IMG/VR virus record: IMGVR_UViG_3300037067_027683
Coordinates: 38,385-102,384 of that record
Reading direction: 5' to 3' (one strand)
DNA length: 64,000 bases
Source of the DNA: a virus
Taxonomy: Duplodnaviria > Caudoviricetes
Under the pieces are notes generated by a model. The model worked only from the letters and a program-made list of their open reading frames with translations. It ran no database searches and was not told where the DNA came from. The position numbers and the translations under genes were made by a program. Positions 59,044 through 64,000 of this stretch are shown piece by piece; position 1 is the stretch's first letter; every line of letters starts with the position of its first letter.

Positions 59044-59119
59044 GTCCTCGTAGTGTAGTGGATTCGCACGTAACCCTGCGGAGGTTGAAGAGCAGGTCCG
59101 ATTCCTGCCGAGGATGCCA
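59044..59119 (+). tRNA. tRNA-Arg(GCG)
   Basis: cloverleaf, loop CT-GCG-GA, CCA. Confidence 0.9.
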
Positions 59120-59224
59120 GTTTAAGTCCAGCATGGCTTTGCGGAACTAAATTTGGTGAAGTGTTCCGTTGTTGCTGGCAGGGTTCTTTGACATCCGAAT
59201 AGCCGCCGTTATTTTAACTGATAA

Positions 59225-59270
59225 CCTCTGCACGGTTCGAGTCAAATATAAATCGAACCGTGCAGAGGAG
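59225..59270 (+). promoter_or_regulatory. RBS-occluding hairpin with a late-promoter motif in its loop
   Basis: 16-bp perfect stem covering GAGG of the RBS; CAAATATA in the loop. Confidence 0.8.
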
Positions 59271-59276
59271 GTGTAC

Positions 59277-60020
59277 ATGCGAAGCAGATTGAAAATGTGC
59301 TCCAAAGATGAATTAATCGATATTGTAAAAAGATGCACTTCCTTGAGAGACATACTAAGATTCTTTGGATATTGTGGTTCAGGGGCAAATGCTAATTTTT
59401 TGAAAGAAAAATTAATGCTTGAAGAGATTGATTTTCAAAATTTGTTTAAGAAAAAAGAAAATATATTCGATCCTAATAAAGTTTTTATTGAACATTCCAG
59501 ATGTGATAAAAGTACTGTTAGACGATATATTTTAAGAGATAAATTAATTGAATATAAGTGTAATATATGTGGATTACTACCATTTTGGTGTGGAAAAGAA
59601 TTGACATTAATTCTTGATCATAAAAATGGCAATAATCGTGATAATAGACTAGAGAACCTTAGATTTGTTTGTGGGAATTGCGAGATGCAATTAAAAACAC
59701 ATGGTAGTAAGAATAAAATTAAGATTATTAGTAAAGCTAGATTTTGTATTGAATGTAATTCGATAATTACTAGGTCATCTAAGTTTGGTATTTGTAAAAA
59801 GTGTTCTTCAAAGAGAAGCGTTTTGAGGAAAGATGGTTGGCCACCTACGAAAGAATTTCTTGAAGTATTGATTTGGAAGAAGCCAACAACCCAGATTGCT
59901 TGTGATTTCGGAGTGAGTGATAAGGCAATTACGAAGTGGTGTAGGAAATTTGGGTTATCAAAGCCTGGTCCTGGATATTGGATGAAAAAGATTGATGGTG
60001 GTTGTAGCTCAATTGGTTAG
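59277..60020 (+). CDS. HNH homing endonuclease (paralogue of 54339)
   Basis: LILDHKNGNNRDNRLENLRFVCGNC; C-terminal HTH KPTTQIACDFGVSDKAITKWC. Confidence 0.92.
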   Translation: MRSRLKMCSKDELIDIVKRCTSLRDILRFFGYCGSGANANFLKEKLMLEEIDFQNLFKKKENIFDPNKVFIEHSRCDKSTVRRYILRDKLIEYKCNICGLLPFWCGKELTLILDHKNGNNRDNRLENLRFVCGNCEMQLKTHGSKNKIKIISKARFCIECNSIITRSSKFGICKKCSSKRSVLRKDGWPPTKEFLEVLIWKKPTTQIACDFGVSDKAITKWCRKFGLSKPGPGYWMKKIDGGCSSIG

Positions 60021-60075
60021 AGCACCAGATTGTGGATCTGGCGATTTGGCGGTTCGAATCCGCTCAACCACCCCA
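59997..60075 (+). tRNA. tRNA-His(GTG)
   Basis: G-1:C73, CCA. Confidence 0.93.
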
Positions 60076-60076
60076 C

Positions 60077-60310
60077 TTATGGTATTACTTTCCCATTAAC
60101 AAGACTATCAACATGTACAGTGAAATTCTCTATCAGAAGATTACGAAAAGATTCAATTCCTTTTTCGGCGATAGTATCAGTGCATTTCTCAATATCAACT
60201 CTAAAAACTAGGTCTCTGTATGGTTTGAGTGTGTGTTTATCAAGTTCAACATTGCCAGTTATAACTGCAGAGAACAAATCTTCTATATGACTACCATCTG
60301 CTTTTGTCAT
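60077..60310 (-). CDS. hypothetical protein
   Basis: AAGGAG RBS. Confidence 0.65.
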   Translation of the reverse strand: MTKADGSHIEDLFSAVITGNVELDKHTLKPYRDLVFRVDIEKCTDTIAEKGIESFRNLLIENFTVHVDSLVNGKVIP

Positions 60311-60328
60311 CTCATTCTCCTTTGTGAT

Positions 60329-60405
60329 ATTTACGTCTTCTAGTCTGGCTAGGATACGAGGTTCTCAGCCTCGTGACCGGGGTTCAAATCCCCGTGCGGA
60401 TACCA
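60329..60405 (+). tRNA. tRNA-Glu(CTC) with weak acceptor stem
   Basis: good anticodon and T arms; ATTTACG/TGCGGAT has three G:U pairs and a mismatch. Confidence 0.65.
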
Positions 60406-60407
60406 AT

Positions 60408-60483
60408 GTCCCGTTCATCTAATTGGCTAGGATAACAGATTTTCGATCTGTTGATACCGGTCCGAGTCCGGTACGGGACGCCA
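60408..60483 (+). tRNA. tRNA-Glu(TTC)
   Basis: cloverleaf, CCA. Confidence 0.92.
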
Positions 60484-60486
60484 TTT

Positions 60487-60561
60487 GCCTTCGTAGTGTA
60501 ACAGATAGCACGAGACGCTTCGAACGTCTTAGTGCGGGTGCAACTCCTGCCGAAGGTGCCA
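60487..60561 (+). tRNA. tRNA-Arg(TCG)
   Basis: cloverleaf, CCA. Confidence 0.92.
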
Positions 60562-60572
60562 TTCCTAGTTTC

Positions 60573-60649
60573 CGGCGTGTAGTGTAGTGGTTTCTGCACA
60601 TATCCCTGATAAGGATAGAGTGAAGGTTCAATTCCTTCCACGCCGACCA
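60573..60649 (+). tRNA. tRNA-Ile(GAT)
   Basis: cloverleaf, CCA. Confidence 0.9.
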
Positions 60650-60653
60650 ATTT

Positions 60654-60730
60654 GCTACGGTAGCCCAACGGCAGGAGGCACATGCCCCAGGCGCATGGCA
60701 GTGTGGGTTCGAATCCCACTCGTAGCACCA
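60654..60730 (+). tRNA. tRNA-Leu(CAG), short variable loop, C33
   Basis: cloverleaf, loop CC-CAG-GC, CCA. Confidence 0.8.
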
Positions 60731-60742
60731 TTTTGGAAAATT

Positions 60743-60839
60743 GTCTATCCTGTGGCCCCCGCTGATTTGGGAGGCATCGTACTGGCGAAATGCGAAGCAG
60801 CGATGATGGTGCGAATGCTGATGTTCACAGGGTAGACCA
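60743..60839 (+). ncRNA. putative structured RNA of about 97 nt
   Basis: 12-bp closing stem GTCTATCCTGTG/CACAGGGTAGAC, 3' end reads CCA. Confidence 0.5.
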
Positions 60840-60851
60840 CAAAAATAATAT

Positions 60852-61034
60852 ATGAAACTACGAAACTTACAAAAACCAATATGTGAAGTATGGCGATCAG
60901 CAACTAGGACTATGCGTAGAATTAATATGTCAACTAATTATTCTAGTTCTTGCCGCCACTATAGTGATGTTGGGTCAATTGAACCAAAAGATTATTTTAA
61001 GAAAACCAAAGTACATGTCTATCAGATTAAGTAG
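60852..61034 (+). CDS. hypothetical protein
   Basis: 60-aa ORF just after CAAAAATA. Confidence 0.45.
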   Translation: MKLRNLQKPICEVWRSATRTMRRINMSTNYSSSCRHYSDVGSIEPKDYFKKTKVHVYQIK

Positions 61035-61383
61035 TTTTCTGCGGTTCTGGCCACACTAAATGTTGATATATTGTCTTGATAAATTTTCGTCCTGTTTTAA
61101 TTTCTTCAACCAAAGGGCAACCATGGGCAGTAGTATCTTCAAGTACGCGATATTGCATACCATGTTCAAATATTACTGTGCCAGCTTTAATTGGACGTTT
61201 CATAGGATCATTTTCTGGTGGTTCTGGCCATACTACTTTCACACCTAGGCTTTCTAGATAATTTACCATATCGATTAATTGTAATTTGAATTTTCGTTCA
61301 TTGTAAGGGATTTTGGTTTTCTTGTGGTATGTTTCTGCGAGAGTGATGAGGTGTGGCGGGATGTCTTTGATGCTTGATCGCAT
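61027..61383 (-). CDS. hypothetical protein sharing a 45-aa module with HNH 54339
   Basis: GGAG RBS before ATG 61383; PIKAGT...IYQH module. Confidence 0.7.
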   Translation of the reverse strand: MRSSIKDIPPHLITLAETYHKKTKIPYNERKFKLQLIDMVNYLESLGVKVVWPEPPENDPMKRPIKAGTVIFEHGMQYRVLEDTTAHGCPLVEEIKTGRKFIKTIYQHLVWPEPQKTT

Positions 61384-61450
61384 GTTTTTCTCCATTTTGG
61401 ATTTTAAATACTTGCTGGCGTGGCGTGGCGTGGTGGAATTGGAGTGAGTG

Positions 61451-61660
61451 ATGTCGCGTAAAACTGGTGTTAAGTGGAAGACGGAGAAATGTGGACGATG
61501 TGGTGAGCAACATTTGGGGTATTCTGGGAAAATAAACGCTGATGGTAAAGAATATGTGGTTTGTGGAAAGACAGGAAAACCAATGATGGTTAATCCGTTT
61601 GATTTCAAAATCGATGACATAGCCTACATCACAAAATGGGAAAAAGAAATGGTGGAGTAG
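61451..61660 (+). CDS. small Zn-binding hypothetical protein
   Basis: CGRCG..H..C; GGAG RBS. Confidence 0.65.
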   Translation: MSRKTGVKWKTEKCGRCGEQHLGYSGKINADGKEYVVCGKTGKPMMVNPFDFKIDDIAYITKWEKEMVE

Positions 61661-61696
61661 GTGAGGAGATTACATGGAGTAGGTGAGGAGATTAAC

Positions 61697-61861
61697 ATGG
61701 ATGGTCCGAAGGCTACGCTGAGAAAGATGGAAATAGAGAGGGAGAAAGATCTAATTGCGGCCTTGCACTCAATTTTGATTGCTCTTAAACCATTTACTGA
61801 CGATGAACGAGCTAAGTTGTTGAAGGCTTGTGAGGTGATGTCTTTGAAGAAATTCTCATGA
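61697..61861 (+). CDS. hypothetical protein
   Basis: GAGGAG RBS. Confidence 0.6.
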   Translation: MDGPKATLRKMEIEREKDLIAALHSILIALKPFTDDERAKLLKACEVMSLKKFS

Positions 61862-61920
61862 GGGGTAGCCCAATTGGCAGCGGCATCTGACTAGCCCAAT
61901 TGGCAGCGGCATCTGACTTA
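61859..61920 (+). pseudogene. 5' half of tRNA-Leu with a 26-bp tandem duplication
   Basis: TAGCCCAATTGGCAGCGGCATCTGAC twice, ending CT-TA in the anticodon loop. Confidence 0.75.
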
Positions 61921-61971
61921 CCAAAAGTAAATAGGCAGAGGCAAACGTAGATAAAGGAGATACTTCTACCT

Positions 61972-62487
61972 ATGAAATACACTAAAGAAATACTAGAACC
62001 ATTAGTCAGAGATTCTGATTGTATGGCAATGTTAATGAGAAAATTAGGAATATCATTTATTTCTGGTGGTATGCATGGCCACTTGAAAAAGGTAATAAAG
62101 AAATTCAACATTGACATATCACATTGGAAAGGGTGTTGTGCAAATCGTGGTAAGTTTCTTCCGAGACGTAGGTGGGAAGATGTTCTTACTCTAAGGACTG
62201 GGATATATAAGGAAAATATTTATGTTTTATTCAGAGCTTTATTACAAAGTGGTGTATTTTATCGTTGTAATAAATGTGGTATTTCCAATTGGAATGGTAA
62301 ATTTCTGAGACTTCAGGTAGAACACAAAAATGGAAATCCAAAAGATAACAGGAAGGAGAATTTGGAATTTCTTTGTCCTAATTGTCATACTCAGACTGAA
62401 ACATATGCCGCAACCATGAAGACACGACTATGTGGTGGGATCGGTAGACGTATTGAAAAACTAGTGATGAAATTTGCGCCCCAGTAG
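61972..62487 (+). CDS. HNH homing endonuclease
   Basis: KYTKEIL, CNKCG..WNGK.LRLQVEHKNG..DNR.ENLEFLCPNCHTQT. Confidence 0.92.
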   Translation: MKYTKEILEPLVRDSDCMAMLMRKLGISFISGGMHGHLKKVIKKFNIDISHWKGCCANRGKFLPRRRWEDVLTLRTGIYKENIYVLFRALLQSGVFYRCNKCGISNWNGKFLRLQVEHKNGNPKDNRKENLEFLCPNCHTQTETYAATMKTRLCGGIGRRIEKLVMKFAPQ

Positions 62488-62551
62488 CCCAATTGGCAGC
62501 GGCACTAGTCTTAAGAACTAGTAGTTGCGAGTTCGAATCTCGCCTGGGGCA
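62478..62551 (+). tRNA. tRNA-Leu(TAA), short variable loop, no encoded CCA
   Basis: cloverleaf, loop CT-TAA-GA. Confidence 0.85.
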
Positions 62552-62616
62552 AATTATTTCTCATTCGATCAATTTCGAGTGGTCTTAACTCATCCCAACG
62601 GCAGGAGGCTTAGTGT

Positions 62617-62689
62617 GAGGGTGTAACTCAATTGGTAGAGTAACGGCTTTTTAAGCCGTAAGTTGCGAGTTCAAGTCTCGCCACCCCCA
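62617..62689 (+). tRNA. tRNA-Lys(TTT)
   Basis: cloverleaf with A2:C71 mismatch; 3' end ACTA. Confidence 0.8.
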
Positions 62690-62696
62690 CTATAAT

Positions 62697-62772
62697 GTGG
62701 CAGAATAGCAGACGCGTTAGGCTCAAACCCTAATTCTTAGGAGTGAGGGTTCGACTCCCGCCGAGCGCACCA
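62697..62772 (+). pseudogene. tRNA-Leu(CAA) with long variable arm, lacking the 5' acceptor strand
   Basis: CGAGCGC-A-CCA has no 5' partner; mismatch in T-stem. Confidence 0.7.
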
Positions 62773-62774
62773 AT

Positions 62775-62945
62775 TTATTTCTTAGAAGTTTTGGGGCAGA
62801 AAATCCAGACGCATTTCATTCCGTTTAAGGCACATTCACCAGAACAATTATGTGCACAATCACGAGCAATTGTTTTTTCGAATTCCACTTGATGTTTAGA
62901 GAATTGATTTTCTTCAGGTTTAATGTCTTTGTGCTCGTTCTCCAT
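62775..62945 (-). CDS. small Cys-rich hypothetical protein
   Basis: ORF between tRNAs, C-terminal Cys cluster. Confidence 0.5.
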   Translation of the reverse strand: MENEHKDIKPEENQFSKHQVEFEKTIARDCAHNCSGECALNGMKCVWIFCPKTSKK

Positions 62946-62981
62946 GCATTGTTTTATCGTTATTTCTGATTCTCTAAATCT

Positions 62982-63058
62982 GCCCCAGTAGCCCAATGGC
63001 AGGAGGCACTAGTTTCAAGAACTAGTTAGTGTGGGTCCGAATCCCACCTGGGGTACCA
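62982..63058 (+). tRNA. tRNA-Leu(CAA), short variable loop
   Basis: cloverleaf, CCA. Confidence 0.88.
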
Positions 63059-63098
63059 AGCTGCCGATAGTCCGCCCATTTGACGGACGACTTCGGGG

Positions 63099-63169
63099 AA
63101 CGCCTAGAGTGTGATGGTAGCACGCCCGATAGCTAATCGGGAAGATGGGTTCGATTCCCATAGGTATGA
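63099..63169 (+). pseudogene. degenerate tRNA-like element (loop TA-GCT-AA)
   Basis: D, anticodon and T arms intact; acceptor stem poor; no CCA. Confidence 0.55.
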
Positions 63170-63174
63170 TATTT

Positions 63175-63248
63175 ACCTCCATAACTCAACGGTAGAGTAG
63201 CTGCCTCTTAAGCAGCAAATGAGGGTTCGATTCCCTCTGGAGGTACCA
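63175..63248 (+). tRNA. tRNA-Lys(CTT)
   Basis: cloverleaf, CCA. Confidence 0.92.
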
Positions 63249-63251
63249 ATT

Positions 63252-63338
63252 GGAGTGTGAACCGGATGGCATCCGGCACCGTCCCGAACACGGTTGACAC
63301 CCTCAGGGTGTGAGGTTGAAGTCCTCCGCACTCCGCCA
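63252..63338 (+). tRNA. tRNA-Ser(CGA)
   Basis: long variable arm, G73, C33, CCA. Confidence 0.8.
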
Positions 63339-63339
63339 T

Positions 63340-63427
63340 GGAACACGAACCAGACAAGCGAACTGGCGCTGCCTTGAAAGCAGTAGGCACTTTCGGGTGT
63401 GGGGTGCAAGTCCTCCGTGTTCCGCCA
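63340..63427 (+). tRNA. tRNA-Ser(TGA)
   Basis: long variable arm, G73, CCA. Confidence 0.88.
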
Positions 63428-63429
63428 TT

Positions 63430-63505
63430 AGGGACGTAGCTTAATTGGTAAAGCAGCAGAATCATAATCTGCCGAGTATGGGTCCAAATCCCATCGTCCC
63501 TACCA
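63430..63505 (+). tRNA. tRNA-Met or Ile2 (CAT)
   Basis: cloverleaf, loop AT-CAT-AA, CCA. Confidence 0.85.
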
Positions 63506-63530
63506 TTGGAAGACCAGCGCTAACATAAAT

Positions 63531-63620
63531 AGAAGGGCGTCGGAGATTGGCGAGCCGAGCTGATTTGCTAAATCAGTGATCTGAAAGGATTTGAGGGTTC
63601 GATTCCCTCCCCTTCTGCCA
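63531..63620 (+). tRNA. tRNA-Ser(GCT)
   Basis: long variable arm, G73, CCA. Confidence 0.9.
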
Positions 63621-64000
63621 TGTTAAAACAAATAAATTCAAAACGACAAGGAAATGTAGGAATAGCAAGAGCGATTTTATGGTACACAGAACGTGGACAT
63701 ATAATCTCATTGCCACTGACTGATAGTCAATCATATGATCTTATTGTTGATGAAAATGGAATCTTAAAGAGGGTTCAAGTGAAAACTGCAACTTCAAAAA
63801 GGTATGATTCTTATATTGTGCATTTACGCTCAATGTCAAACGTAAAGGGAGCAAAATTACGCATAAAATTTTTATCCGAAGATGATGCTGATCTTGTTTT
63901 TATAGCAACCGAAGAAGACAATTATATTATTCCCATAAAAATTATTGCTGGTATGTCTATGATAACACTTTCTCATAAGTATGATGAATATAGGATATAA
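63620..64000 (+). CDS. PD-(D/E)XK homing-type endonuclease
   Basis: G..G.....PL.DSQSYDLIVD....RVQVKT motif. Confidence 0.85.
   Translation: MLKQINSKRQGNVGIARAILWYTERGHIISLPLTDSQSYDLIVDENGILKRVQVKTATSKRYDSYIVHLRSMSNVKGAKLRIKFLSEDDADLVFIATEEDNYIIPIKIIAGMSMITLSHKYDEYRI

Noticed and set aside
55041-61194. Invertible segment or diversity-generating template/variable repeat pair
   Set aside because: Differences are not adenine-specific and no reverse transcriptase or recombinase is present in the window.
61866-61917. CRISPR mini-array
   Set aside because: The two 26-bp copies are adjacent with no spacer and derive from a tRNA-Leu D-arm.
51062-63465. ORF-track entries overlapping tRNAs (e.g. 51062, 51374, 55355, 60384, 60587, 63173, 63208)
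   Set aside because: These are translations of tRNA sequence.
1-64000. Stop-codon reassignment
   Set aside because: Core genes are full length in the standard code and end in TAA, TAG and TGA; no complete suppressor tRNA was found.

Overview
This window is a segment of a large T4-like (myovirus) bacteriophage genome that uses the standard genetic code. Positions 1-9.5 kb hold accessory and replication genes (P-loop kinase, two-domain GT2 glycosyltransferase, class II ribonucleotide reductase, primase). Positions 9.6-48.3 kb hold a nearly complete morphogenesis module: baseplate hub, tape measure, gp53/gp5/gp25/gp6 homologues, neck gp13/14/15, sheath, two tube proteins, gp26/gp51-like chaperones, UvsW helicase, gp55-like late sigma factor, terminase, portal, prohead core, protease, scaffold and major capsid protein. 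Positions 48.4-64 kb are an accessory region with about 32 largely intact tRNA genes, interleaved with HNH and PD-(D/E)XK endonucleases, GDP-fucose synthase, small ORFs and structured RNAs. Most notable observations: (1) an ORF built from short motifs of terminase and major capsid protein, a candidate decoy against pattern-recognition immunity, whose neighbours share a terminal LG(D/S)RxL tag; (2) HNH cassettes that break tRNA genes at the anticodon loop and appear to carry a replacement tRNA, including a tRNA nested inside a split tRNA; (3) a circularly permuted tRNA flanked by a 5-bp direct repeat; (4) a candidate +1/-2 frameshift joining the gp26- and gp51-like ORFs; (5) a CAAANNTA late-promoter consensus that also sits in the loops of RBS-occluding hairpins ahead of the HNH genes. 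All calls were made by eye from motifs and gene order; no database searches were run and the host is not identified.
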